Shown here one piece after another: positions 13,401-27,791 of a stretch of 64,000 nt of DNA. Every line of letters begins with the position of its first letter. Position 1 is the first letter of the stretch. The position numbers and the translations under genes are program-made. This stretch comes from Antedon mediterranea. Its lineage: Eukaryota; Animalia; Echinodermata. The stretch covers positions 17,766,912 to 17,830,911 of the forward strand of contig NC_092675.1 in the NCBI RefSeq assembly GCF_964355755.1, given 5' to 3'. Below the pieces are notes generated by a model. That model was not told where the DNA came from and searched no databases. It was given only the letters and a program-made list of their open reading frames with translations.

Positions 13401-16400
13401 ACCTTTATGGTGACGAGAAGTCTATTGTATATAATGTATTAAATAAGTAAACATAAATATTACTATCTAGTTAATTCGAATGGGAATTTTGGTCCGGAAT
13501 TCTGGTTTTGGATAACACCAATCCGTCAGGAACTCATTGATATTTGATCATTGCATTTATAATAGGTTAAACAGTGCAGACGTCAATAAACAAAATACAT
13601 TAGCCCTATTAAAAATTTAAAATAGGCATAACCTTTATTGAAGTAGGCCTACTATAAACGAAGAAAACAGAAAAAAGAACACTATAACGTGACATGGAAC
13701 GCAAAAATTGTAAAAATAACACCCAATGTGATTTGCTTTGTACTACTCTGGTGTAACGTCACGTCATTCACAAACTATTATGAACACGTTAACCTTTTAT
13801 GCTGACATTTACAAGTTACGTATTTATTGTCCTAATATAACAACTTCACTGCTTGGTATTCATCTTTACTTGTTTTACCAAGTAAGCACGTTCGATGGAC
13901 ATTTTATTTGCCCAAGCCAACATCAAATCATGACATGTCTTGTCATAAAGGCCTTCTAATTGACTGGTGATGTAAGTGAAGCAGAGGCTAACAGGTCATG
14001 CATTAAGCGGCTCATAACTTTAGTATAGTATGCATTATCCTATATAAACAGTTTTAGCGCATGTAAAATAAACGCAGTACATCAGTACAATTATTATAAG
14101 TTATAACAACAATCAGAAAAATCGCCGAAATATGAACATAAGAGAAAAAGAAAAAAATTGGCGATATTAATGAATTCAGGATACTCACACATTTGATTAT
14201 TGTTCGTTTCAGCTTGAACTTGAAGTTCAATATACTTTTCTAAGAACACAGTACCACATTCCAACTAGATGTTGGCAATAAAATATTGCTTATTAGGCTT
14301 CTACCCGCAAACTTTACTCCCGAGAGAAGGTCATAAAATGCGGTCTATCTTATGTAGTTATGGTTGACCCGAGAGAGCCGGTTCGAGTTTACCTATTCCC
14401 GCTGTCTTTATAATATAAACTTGTTTAATTGAAAACAAATTTGGTTCTCTCAACAAGGCACATTTCACAGTTAATCGGTTTTGCAAACAAAGTCATGGTG
14501 TTGGAATCTATATATCTTAAAAATGTAAGATTGTCGGTATTAACTGATATAGAAATTATGTGCCATGTAAAGTACCGGTAGACTTTCTCCTCCACATCCA
14601 CAGTATCAGAAACAAAGGTTTTCAACAAAAAGAATAACTTTTGGGGTTGGTACTCCACATAGGTCTACAATGAAGCTTCACCATCACCATGGCCGGCAGG
14701 TACACCCAGGTCATCTTGACAGAGACTCTGTTATTTCGAAAATATTTCTTAAGTGGACTTAACAGCCTCCATAAGCTTTGTTGTATTGATGATTTTGTTT
14801 ATGATACAATATTTGTGTTTGATTGAGTATTACTATGAATTGATTTAATGGTAGTATTTCATAAGAAATAATATTTCAATCATCTGGTGGTGTACTGCAA
14901 TATTTACAGAATAAATTTATTTTGTCTGGGAGTAAAATCGGGGGGTTTTCTTCTCACGTATGTTATTGACGCTTTGGGAATAACTGTTGAAATTAGCTAG
15001 AAGTTTAAGTAAACTGTTTGCACACTTTTCAACAAATGCCTTCTGTTCCAGACCACAGCAGAGGTGCCGATTTACGCGTCTTCCTGGCCTGGGGAATAAA
15101 ACGCTGTCGGCACATCATTCGAATGAACTATTAGCAGATAGAGTGTTGGCTAATTGTTCAATACAGGGTGAAGGTAAATTAAATAGGCTCTTAGAAAAAC
15201 ATACTTATGAACACAATTAAGGACAAACTTAAGATGAAAATTGCGTCAATAAAATGAAGTTGGTTGAAAAAAAAACTTGGAGCTGAAATCTCTAAAAATA
15301 ACTGAGTCATGTGATAAATTGTTCTATAAAAATGTGAGAGTTGTATAATATTTGACTACATGAGCAGGGGTTAAGACAGGACCACAATGCAAAACAGGTT
15401 TTTCTTGACCTGTATGCTAATCCTGGATAAAGATGTTGTTGGATAAAATGAGCCAAAATTGAGAATTAAAGAATTCAAGCAGTGTGGAATGTTGTTTCCG
15501 TTCTACCATTTTAACTTTTATAAAAGTTCATCACTGCATAAATAAATAATTAAATACAAAACAAGATTCCATTTTGAAACATGCTCCCTCTTATAAGTTA
15601 CGTCAATGCAAAGGTTATTTACCTAGGAATGTTTTAAAGCACTTCTCAGACCTTCTGGCACTATATCGTAAGAAGCTGATAAAACTACGCCATACTGAAC
15701 TAGAGATTCAAACCATTAGCCCATAATGGCAAACGAGTTTACACAGTAAAGATTCGGTATGCATACAAACATCAGCATAAAAAAACTAGTAAGTTGACTC
15801 TAAGTAGAAAACCTAGTTATAATCAATGGACAATTCGTTAATTACTACATAATTGTAAACATGTCCTGTAGAAAGAAAATCATAAACAAAGAAGTAAATT
15901 TGCGAATGACAGAAAATGATACTTGTATTATTGTTGGGGAAAACTAAGTTTTAATTTTGTGCGGCATTCATTGTCCATATACGTTGATTGTGACATAACT
16001 AAACCAAAGGTACAGTACTGTATTGTACAAATACTAGGGAGCATTATTTATAGTCGCGCTTATAACATTACAATTATAATCCAAGGCTAATTAATTGGAC
16101 CAATTATCACAAGTGCCTTTTAAAGTTGACATTGAATCTTTGATAAACCGATAGAAATAAGCAATATAACTAGAAAGTAATAAACAATGCATCACATGTC
16201 AAACAGCGGAGTTCTTCCAAGCATACACCATGGCTATTGAAATTTAAGACGGGAATTTCAACCTCTTTACTAGTAAGACCCTCTTTCACGCCTCCATATT
16301 CATAAATACCTGGATGAATAAACTAGATGCCTCGATTAACAAAGTATGCCTATTGTTTAATTACATCAATATCCCTAAAATTCATAATTGAAACTAATAA

Positions 16401-18434
16401 TGAAGGCATTTTTTGACGGTAATTGCCTTCCATAAATCAGCAAAGAAATTAAATCCTAGTGATTATATAATATCTTTGGTATGAATACTCGATGTAATGT
16501 AAGCCTCTACACATACATTTTATACCATACATTCTGTTTTAAACTAATTGTAGAATCCAATTAAAATAATTGGATGAGTTCAACAAGCTACTAAATTTCA
16601 AACTTTTACAGGCTGCAATCAACATTCTCAGGAAGATTTTAATGATGTGGTTATTCATAGTTGCCAGGCTCCCTGGTTGTACACGGCGGTGGTAAACGAT
16701 TCGCGGGTACACTAACAAATCCGTTTACCCATCACATTATTAAAAGCAATGGTGAATCTGATCAGTTTAAATTAAACAAATCGGACACTCATTTAGACAT
16801 ATCAGTGTTTCTAACGTATTTGATACCGCTATAGCTTATGCTGACTAATTGTTGCCAACTATTCCCAATTGCAAAATGTTTACAATACAAATGCACATTT
16901 AGGCCTACACATATCATGCTGTGGTCATCTATTTACGCCTCTCGTCTTGCATGACGCTTTCCATTATTTTATGTCCTGGAATTTCTATGTCTTTTTCCTT
17001 TTTCATGTCTTAAACTACAGTACCGAAAGAAATCTGCAGACACATTTTGACCTAAGTACACTTTCAACATAGTGTGACATGGCCTTTTATATAAAAATAT
17101 CCTTTCAAAACAATTACTATCATTAACTCTACAACTGTAATTATAAACCACTTATTAAGTGTCTCAGACACACAAATTACGTTGCAGATCAAGAAAAGCA
17201 CAAGAGACGCTTCTTCCATGGGAAAGTGGATTATCCTTGTCACCAACATTAATATTAAACAAATCCCTTGTACGAACAGCATATTTACGAGTTTAGATAA
17301 TCCCCTAGAGGAAAGGCATAAAAAGATCAAACATTTTACACTAGTTGGGGCGATGACCTTCATGTGACTGCTTAGGGTCGTTTTCCTTCTCCGTCACGGT
17401 GGACGATATTTTCCGTATATCGTATCGTAAGAGTAACTTATTACAGCTCAATGCAAGTTTCTGTCTGGAAACCATGAATGTAGCATCCTTATCTGAATCC
17501 TTCGATTATTACCGTTATGAGAATCCAGAAATTGATCATTTTATTTACATTAGGCCAATATAATGATGTAAATTTTAGATGGTGTAGGATAAATTAAAAT
17601 CATGTTTATAATTATACTGTACAGTATAACATTTTAACATAAAATCTAATGACAAAGCAGAACAAAAAAATACATATAAGTAATATAATTTTCACCGTGG
17701 AAAAAAATAAATATAACACGGGAGGTATAATAATACCTCCCTGATATAACAGCTTATCAAACTCCATCTTATACATTTTATGTCATCTGCCAAAGGACAT
17801 TACTGCGGCACTTTTAAATTGTTCTCAGGAGAATCGTGACGATTTTCGTAAAGACTTTACCCGCCTCCTAGCCACCTTTCTTCATCCTAATCTCTGATGC
17901 AATACAATACTAACTACAATATAATACACACGTATCTTTAAATGACATCCATCTGTTGAAAATAATTCCAGTTATCATTAGATACTTTTCTGTATTAAGA
18001 AAATATCAGACAACATAAGAAGCACGTTTCCGAGTAAAAATCCATCAACACGTACCGTACCAAATGTTGTTTGAAATAAACAGGATCATACACACAGTCA
18101 TATAAGAAGTGTATAACATCGACATTAGTATAATAAGTATTATCTCCAAACAGAATTGTATGATATATAAAATAATAAACAACGTACAAGTCTGATGAGA
18201 ATAAAGACACGAAGCCATAAATGTTCAATACTAATTATGTTATCATTGCGATTAATGTTGTTAATTGCAGGACACGGTGAGTACTGGTTCATTTTATGAT
18301 CCATCATCATTCATGATACTGTACTAGGTTATAATATATTACGGAATCTTCCTATGATACTTGGGAAATCCAGATATGTATATTTTTACCGCCCGGTGAT
18401 ATACTGAAATTTAATTAATTCATTTGAAACGATA

Positions 18435-18543
18435 AAAATGAGGAGATCTGTGAGAATGAGAAAAAGTCACCACAACTGAGATTCGAACCCGGAACCTTCT
18501 GCTTGATACGCAAATGTCCTAACCATTAGACCACACCACCACT
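18435..18543 (-). mobile_element. tRNA-derived SINE head
   Basis: Pol III box A TGGTCTAATGG and box B GGTTCGAATC, followed by a non-tRNA tail GACTTTTTCTCATTCTCACAGAT that is shared with the copy at 55913-55997. Confidence 0.75.
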
Positions 18544-19246
18544 TTAATGGTATAGTGTTAATTGTATCAATGTTCACTATAATAGTGTTACTCGTTGTAT
18601 ACCAGTGTTTTCTTGATCGAAAACTTTAAATCTAATCGATACCAAATAAGTAACAATACCAATTATCATCGATATCAAGGGTACAGTACGAACATACTGA
18701 AATTGCAGTTATATGATTACAATTGATAACAGTAGGCCTACTACCGACGACATCCTCGGCCATCTTACGCGTCACAATCATAATCATCACCTATTGTGAT
18801 AATCATTATCATTACTAATCATTCATATCACTAATACTAACAGCAACCCAATCCTTTAACTTCCTTTCATATAGAGTTTGTTTAGATTAAGCGAAGAATC
18901 AGACCTCCGGGGTACTTCAAAATAAACATGAGTAATGTTTTAACAATTGTAATATATTTTCAATATTTACATCGAAAGAGCGACTCTTTTTGGATATAGA
19001 TTCTAAGCGATAAGAGTCGCTTGTTAAACCACTTCAAACTAGGTTATCAGAACCACTTGAGATTGTGTTTAGAAAATCTTCGATGAAAATAGACTTCTTG
19101 AAGTTGATGTGGATTTAACATCGTGGGTTTGATGGGTGGTCGGTATCCAGGGGAAGAACATGAAAACGAACTTTACATTATGCCATTGATCATCTTTCAT
19201 ACATTTACTTTCTTGTAAATTTTACTTTAAATTATTTACAAACGGG

Positions 19247-19273
19247 AGGAGAGAGAGAGAGAGAGAGAGAGAG
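19247..19273. repeat. (GA)n microsatellite
   Basis: About 13 GA units. Confidence 0.95.
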
Positions 19274-22200
19274 CTGTAAATAAAACTACGAGAAAAAAAA
19301 ACATTTGTACGCGTATGTGCGCATCAAGTTTTGCACACATCACGATGTCATTGACGTTTATAGGAATTAAGAGGGCTGACATAAATCGTTTAGGCATCTT
19401 TTGTTCTATAATTTTCAATTGTAGAGTATTATAATATCAATCATCTGAGGCCTTTTATAAACGACTTTTAATCATTGTATTGACAAGGTACAATACCGGT
19501 AAACTTTTAACTCTATTGCGGGTGCAGACAGTTTATTTCACGCTGATTCTGGTATGGCCCCGACCCGAACTATAATCGATTTGACATTCACTGGGTGTAC
19601 CTTTTCAAATAAATTGAATAAATTCATCCACTAATAATTTTCTGCGTCAAGAGAGAGATAATTCTCTCGGTACATAATAGGAAAACGTATGCCTACTCTA
19701 TGCGGTCATTGAACTTCCTTTTTTTTAAATCACAAATTGTCACAATGCGCTTTCAAACATTGATTATAGTCGAGAGCATGCTGCGTGTTGCGCGAGCAGT
19801 CAACTTTGTCCGATAAATTGCGTACTAATTGACGTATATCTCAGAGGAGCGGATGCATTGCCTGCGAAACACGTATTAACACCGGCTATTGACAATTTGT
19901 CCTGTTTCTGCTGCAAGAAATGTGGTCAATTTATTCATCATGGTTATTTTCGCAGCAGAAACAGAACTATTAAGTACAAATATGTACTTTATCGTATCTC
20001 ATCCACGTCCGATAACAAACATCCTTCTTTTCAGATAATATGATATTAGACAATGAAGCAATTAAATAACCCACAAAAGGTAGAAAATTAACACCTAATT
20101 GCCCCATTGCCGGAAACGAGATCAAATCCAACTATAAATCACATTTCAAAAACAAGTAAAGTGAAAGGTCCAGCGAAAAACATGTTGCTATGATGATGTC
20201 GAGAGTCCTATATCCAAATAAACATTATCTCTACAAAAGACTGTCTTCCTGTCTACCCTGTTATGTCAACAGTTGCGGAACTAATTTTCCACAATATTAA
20301 AAGGTAATTAACAATGATAGGCCTAATAGCGAGATAATTGGGGAGGGGGTAATTGGGTGTCATCGAAGAAGTACGGTACGATAGTACTACTAAATGATTT
20401 TCCGAAATGCTCCTGGTAATAGGTGACCCGGGGATATGGAGGAAACATCCAAAACACACCAATAATTGTCATGTTAGATTTGTATAGGCCTACGGGTATC
20501 TCTGCCAAACAAATCCAGTTGGTGTTTAAATAAAGTGCATAGTCCATCTACTTTCTTATAAGGGGAGGAGGAGCGGTGTAGGCCTAATTGATAGAAAATA
20601 TCCAATTTAAGTTAGCCATATATACATTATTATTGGCGTGAATATCGACACATTTTTACATAATTAATAAAAAAAAAACAACTGAAAAAATGTAATATCT
20701 TTTTACAACCATTTTGATTTATAGTCTGGCGAATATATCGAATAACAAAAACCGGTAAAACGATTGATTGCCATTTAATGGTTAAGAAGTCGATGACCGG
20801 GTTTGATGTACAGTACTGTTTCTCTGCTATAGAAATGTCGTGTTGCATCATATAAATACTAATAATAATAAATATAGTAATTGTTTATTATTCGTTAATT
20901 AATTAATAGCAGGTCTCTTACATACGTATGTCCTAATTAATTTCCAGTAGGCCTATTGTAAATTTAATTGAAAAACAAAAAGCATAATGCTTGTAAATAT
21001 ATTTTCTTTTTGTGATAGACGACTATTTTATTGCAAAGTTTGCCGTTCATATTGACCGATATTATTAAAGTCTTGTTGCATTATAATTATGACAGACATA
21101 CATGAAATAGGCCTATACTTGAAACAACCGGGGAAAAACATAAGTCAATATTCAACATCGTTTTAGTGCCTAATTACATTACAAATATGATATTATAGGA
21201 GAAGTACAACATAACAGCCTTAAAAAGAACTTAATTTAAACAGTAGGCTATATTACGATGATAAACTTAAGTAGGCCCACAGTACAGTTTACTTACCAAT
21301 TGTAAATATTGAACACACTGGTAAAAATCCGAGTATTCGTGACATGATTTCTTTTTAGGTGAGACTCCAGGATTTGAAACACTAAAATCGGTTGGAATTG
21401 GCAGCAACCTGGACACTTGCTCTGTCGGTCTACATCCCTAAAATTGTAAAATAAGTAACAAAAGATATATGGACTCTTCCATTTTCTTATCTTAAGTTTA
21501 TGGCATCGGCGATGTCTAAGAAAGAGGAGGATATGATGGCGCTGTGTAAATTTATGGCTTATAATAATTAGAGATTTGAAACATGTTAAAGACATTAAAT
21601 AAAAGATGTCTCTGTATTTTAGTAGTATAATGTACTTACATTCGTAATAAAACGTACCATTTATTTGAAAACTACATCTAGGAGATTAATAAACAAGGAT
21701 TTTGCAGCAAAACAAAAAAGCTATTTGTGAAATTATTAATGAACCGATTTTCTTGAATTTCAAAAGGTATGTTCTGTAAGTATATAGGCCTACGATTTAC
21801 ACTGAAAAACCTCAGAATAATAACTTGAACATTGTAGATGCTAACAAACGAACATACAAAGCAATTACTATACTTGGAAAAATTATATTTTACCAAGTAA
21901 TTGTTATCTATTACTGTATTATTGCAATTAATGATGATTCAAGATCCAATTTATTTTGTCCAAATATTAAAATTGAAAATATACATTTCATTTCAAAATA
22001 CATATGAATAAAACAAAATGATGATGATGATTGCACAAAACTGTATGTATAAGATGAATGGTTATAAACAGAATGATCATGGTGACACTTGACGCTGATG
22101 CGATACGTTTGTGCGGTACGAGGCTAAAGCTTGGTTCCTTTGAAGTAATAGGATAAATTTCTAGTCTTCAGTTCTTGTGTTGCCTTTACATATAACTTGT

Positions 22201-23164
22201 ACCCGGGGGGTCACTTGTTTTAAAGAAGTACCACCAAAATGATTTCAACAAGGTCTCGATGGATTGTGATAAGTGACACAAACTACTGTTGGGCCAGAGA
22301 AAGAGATATTTTATATCTATTATCATAATTTATTATTATAATTAATGTTCTATAATATTTGTTCCTAAATTTTTGACTTTATAATGTGACTGTTCTTTAA
22401 ATTGAGGGCGCTAAATATAACATTTACGAGATCAAGGGCGAAAAAAAAAGTTAAGGTGTGCTCTCCCTGCCTCAGTAAAGGCCCTGCCACAGCCTTGCAG
22501 TCGTTTCTACGACATCAGAATCATTGATGTTACCGTCTCATGATGTGGTGGAAAGGGGGATACACAATTATTAGCAGAAGACCCTATTAATTATTATGCC
22601 ATTGTGATAGGCCTTGAGGTGTTCCCAAATAATAATTCAATCTTTTTTTTTTTTTTTAATAATTCTTTTTTGGGGGATTTCTACGGATAGAAATACTTGA
22701 TTAAAATTACTTATGGCTTACGGTACATCATTGTAAATGAAATAAATAATTAATGTTTCGACATATTGAGAGTTTATTAAAGAAAATGCATTTGTAGCAA
22801 TATATTACATGTAAGAATGTTTCCTTTATCCAATTTTAAAATACAACTTTAACAAAACTACTATTGGTGTATTACTTAATTTAAACAAAACATTATTAAG
22901 TAATACAAGAAGACAATTACATTTACAATAATAAAATAGCACCAATTATACAATAAATTAATCATTAGATGATTTGATAACATAATTTGCAGTTTGCAGT
23001 TGTTCTGCTGTAACATTTCGTTCCTACATCGAGTTAAACTCATTATATTTAATGGTAGATCTATTCTTATTAGTGATGTGTCGTTTTTTAGATACAATAT
23101 TCCTATTACCGGCGTAAAAATAACGACTACAGTACAGATCGTCTTTCATGTTTACGTTGTTGCG

Positions 23165-24563
23165 TTATCGTTCTGTTGTATAAAGTGGTCGAGGTATCTT
23201 GCTTAACATATAGATCGGTCGTCTTGGGTCAGCTGAAAAGGTAAACAAATAATGAATAAATAAATCATAAAATGTATCATGTAAAAAACAATTGTCGTTT
23301 TTCAACAACGTAATGACGTCAATATTATTAATTGATGGTCATTAGTAATGTAAAATGTTATTCTAAAATAATGTACTGTGATCATTGTTAGGTTATTGTG
23401 ATTTAGACACATCGTTTCTCATGCTATTGCATACAAATTGATTAATTTGTGCTTTAAATAAATATAAATCAGAGTATGAAATCAGTAACAACACTAACGA
23501 AAATGAATATCAGAATAAGAAGAAATAGAAAAAAAATATTGATTTACTCACCGTTACTTTGTACCTTCTTAAATCTTCCATTTGTTGCGTCAAATTCATA
23601 AGTAAGTTCAGCCATACTTTTCAGAAACATCGTACGATCAGTTATATGAGGGGACATATGTACTTTACTTCGGAATAGAAAATATTCTGGTTGCTTTCTG
23701 GTGTGCATCTTGAAGTTAGCAGGCATGAAATGAGGGTTGTAGCTGCGTAAGACAGGTGAACATGATCCATCTGGTGAGCTGACTGGTGAATCTCTCGAAT
23801 AATCTGGAGTTGGTGAGAAGCTTGAAGGCGGCGGCGAGCTCTTGTATTTCTTTAGGCCTAAGCTCAAATCAAGTGGTTCATTGTCCAAAGATTTTCGCTT
23901 ACGGTTATTTACCAAATTAGAAAGATCCATTGCATACGAATTTGTATGTGCTTGATCCATCACAGGCATGTAGTTTGGTAGAGGCATCGGTTTTGGATAA
24001 ATCACTTGATATTGTGAGCTTGTAATTGGCGATCGCTTAATTTTAAGTTGATTTGTTTCGCCAATTTTCTGCATATATTGTTCATAACGTACTTCCAAGT
24101 CTCTCGCTGTCCTTGATAATTTACAATGGTTACAGTCTTCGTTCATAACCCAAAAATTATCTTTTCCAAACGGTCTATCAGGACGACGTAGAACTTTCTT
24201 AAAGCATTCGTTGACACTCAATGTATGACGTACACTGTTCTTCCATCCGACGTAACCACCACGAAGACAAGGAAAAACTTTTGGTAAACAACTCACAATC
24301 TCCTGCAAAGTCAGCATAGTTTCAGAATGCAATTCAATCACATAGGAAATCATCTCGACGTAGGAAAATGGAGACTTAACATGGCGCATGTAGTCTGGTC
24401 GTGGACGTGTTCTCTTGTTTATCTTCGGTGTCACGGTTGGTGAGTCTAAGGACTCTACGTCTAGAATTGGCTCAATATCTTCAATAATAATAATATCAGG
24501 TTCTTCAGCAACAGTTGTATCAGGAGAAGGAATCATAGTAGAATTACACAATACTTCTGCCAT
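23165..24563 (-). CDS. Divergent forkhead-box transcription factor, copy A (FoxQ1/FoxH-like features), 2 exons
   Basis: Exon 1 24563-23552 contains a winged-helix domain (KSPFSYVEMI...WKNSVRHTLSVNECFKKVLRRPDRPFGKDNFW) and a PLDLS CtBP motif. Donor G|gtgagt at 23551, acceptor ttttcag at 23233. Exon 2 23232-23165 encodes ADPRRPIYMLSKIPRPLYTTER*. The paralog has a homologous exon 2. Confidence 0.93.
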
Positions 24564-24656
24564 ACTTTAATATGTTCAACTTAATATGCCGAGAGAATTA
24601 ACGATTGGAATGATTACTCTTCGAACTTGTCAATGAAGACATTTAAGTTAAACGTT

Positions 24657-24715
24657 GCTTATAAACACCGCGCATGGCTCTCACCTGTTCATGCTGTAAC
24701 CTAATTGGTCAATTC
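24657..24715 (-). promoter_or_regulatory. Putative core promoter of Fox copy A (CCAAT box and TATA-like box)
   Basis: AATTGACCAATTAGGTTAC lies about 45-50 bp upstream of TTTATAA. The same motif at similar spacing occurs upstream of copy B. Confidence 0.55.
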
Positions 24716-27700
24716 TCTGAAATTCCTTGATCAACTCTAAAACAAAAGCCTTTGTTGAAACGTTACAGATACAAAAGCCTACTTTCACTGCGTGTGTTAA
24801 CCAGATATGACTGTATCCTATTGTTATCCTTTAATTGCAGGGCGTTGATAAAAACATTTTCTTTCACACTTTTATTGTTAAGAAACAACTCGTTTTATCA
24901 GCCCAATAAAAAGATAATAACAAAAACGAAGTGTGAATATTACATGTACATCTGTACAGGCATGGAAGTTGTAGGAAACGCCAGGAACTTCGTATATGCG
25001 ATAAACAGATAAATATATATTTTTTAATAAATACGTCTTGAATACAGTATAACACTATTTAAAATTGTTTTACGTGATTTACAGTACTATTAAACTCGTT
25101 CCAACAGCGTAAAATTAATATCAGCTTCATTATATTCATTTAGATTATTTATTTACAATGTGTAATGTTTTAACACTAACTGGATTACATATGTTAGGCC
25201 TACTCCAAATGTAGAACTGTATCTGTTGTAGTGATGTAGTGATCCCTAGTCTGTTATCTTACCTAGCGATATGAGAGTCTTTTTACTCGTGGAGATTGCC
25301 TCTTCTCAATGAATGAATATTATGATATAATTGCCATAGGTTTACAGTGTATGTTAGTGTATCGATATATGCCATCATATCTTGTTATTTGAACCGTTTG
25401 AACTAAGAAGCACCCCCCTCCCGAACCCCCTCGCACACAAAAAATAATACAAAACGTTATTCACAGTTTGTTTTATTGCTTTAAACCTTTCTGTCTTATT
25501 TTCACCCACTCTTCGTCGTAAAGATGGATAACGGTTCAAACAAGTAAAACGAATCTTCAAACCTGATAATACATGCAGATATGTTAAATCTCTACCAAAA
25601 CAATTGTCTGAAAAAATAACCTCAATTTGACAATATCATATAGTGTCATAGTGGTCGAGCGTATCAATTTGACTTTAAAAATAAAATTATCCAACGCTAT
25701 ACCATCTCCCTCACACACTTCTAAACAACACCATTCTATTAAACTTAATTCTTTGCAACCACTTACAGCGGGCACATAAAACAAACTTGCTTATTTTTTT
25801 TGTTTTAAAACATGCTACAAATTTACAGTTTCACAAATATAATAAATTCACTGTACATTTTTAAACACCTTTTTAAAAGCAGGCAAGAATAAAAAAAGAA
25901 ATAAGTTTTAAAGATATCAAAGTTATTTCAAAAAGGCAAGAATGTATATCATTGCTAAATATACAAATAAATATAATGTGTAATTAAATACACTGAGATG
26001 TGCTATCGAGATTTCATAAAATAAGAATTAAGGCCGAGTTGTTTTAACCCCTCCCTGTTTTGTAGCTTTTAAGCCGTTCACAATTAGGTGTCTCTTTCAA
26101 TAACAAAGTGCTCTTCTGCTGCCTAAAGCAGAAGATTGTTAAATAAATAATATTACTTTTATTTCATCACAAAATTGACAAGTTGACAGAGAAAGTATAA
26201 CTACCAATCATACAACAAAAACTTAGATGTTTCTTTTATAATCACATTTCATGAACAACTTTGTAAACTCTTTACATGCTGGTGTGTTTATCTATAGCGT
26301 TTAAATTACATTCATATTTAAAATCTGAGATCTAGTGAGTTGTAAGAAATTTAATCGTCAGCAATATTTAAATTGGATGTACCATTCTACTGTGTGTTTG
26401 ATTGGCAAACATTCAAACAGCAGAAAACATAGCATTCTACATGTTATACCTCTCTGTCAAAAGCTTTGATAACTAGCATTATATAATATAACTAAATAAA
26501 TATACATTTTATAATATCTACAGGCAATCAATTTCAAGAAAATATCTATAAGAAAATAAACAGTGAAAGCGAACATTTGGCAAATATAATACAGTAATAC
26601 ATAAATAATATAAGTTATCAACTGTGACCATGTGTTAAATATACCATGTAACTGATATTATGATGTAACTGATAACTGATTTACAGCTATATTAATTTGT
26701 AAAGTAGAACCATTTTTACGGGTCTCCTTAGTAGGGGAGTCCTCTGAATAGGTTGGCTGTAGTAACATATGTTGTCCTTTGTTCGTTTCACAGGAAAGTC
26801 CCCCTTAATATGGGTGTCCCTCAATTCTTTCAGTTCTACTGTATAAAGCACAATGCTTCAAGAGAAATGAGAAACAAACTTCAACATTTCAATTGTCATA
26901 ATTAAGTTACTTGTATTTAGATTAATTATATATTTAATTGTTATATTTTTATGAATATGAATTTATAATGTGAAATTTGTTTACAATCAGTCAACTTTGT
27001 TCATATAATAATTTTGTAAAAAAAGTTAACTTGTAAATAAATTTTTTTTTAAACTGTATGTCAACCAAACCACTGTTTACTGATTTATAGCAATCACTTT
27101 TCACATACACAAAGATTTGTTACTGTATACATACACATAATATATAAACATGGGCGGTATCACTATCAAGGCATCTGGTTTGTGCATATCACTTTCAATT
27201 TTAAAAAAAATGGGCGGAATATCTTAAAGATGATACAAATAAAAACACATTTGTTCAAATATAAAGCGCAACAATAAATAAATTGGAATGTCTTATCAAC
27301 GATGAGAGGAATGTTTGTTCTTTATATTAATTAATTAAAATTTGTAAATAAGGTATTTTAGTGTAAGGTATTTTTGTATTAAAAAGGTTTTTTTTTTTAT
27401 CAAGGCATATTTATTGATCATAAATCGCTTATAACTTAGTGAAATATTCAAATAACATCTCACAATTAATTTTTTAGGTTAAAACAAATTGTTTAAAATT
27501 TTGTTCATGAGTTTTAAATTTTACATTTACATGTTTTTACATGTAAAATCTGTTGCATGTGTACATGTGTAAATTGCATATAAAAACCAACATTGCAATC
27601 ATGTTGTTCAATACTATACTTGAATAGTACACTTTTTGATCTACAACATTCATTACTATTACTAGTACAATTTGGTAAACAATAAAACCGATAATTTCAT

Positions 27701-27791
27701 ACATGAAAACATTTATTCTTAGTTGCTCATATTTTCTTTGTGATTGTCTCAAATCTCTGTTTCTTTATAACTTCATAGATCTTCATCTTGT

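Noticed and set aside
18460-18543. Functional tRNA gene
   Set aside because: The acceptor stem pairs poorly, and the non-tRNA tail is shared with a second, deleted copy. A SINE fits better.
19040-19110. Possible CR1/L2 reverse-transcriptase scrap (LSEPLEIVFRKS)
   Set aside because: Too short and frameshifted to support without a search.
19108-19115. FoxH1 binding site TGTGGATT (also AATCCACA near position 45)
   Set aside because: A few isolated hits are expected by chance in 64 kb. No paired sites.
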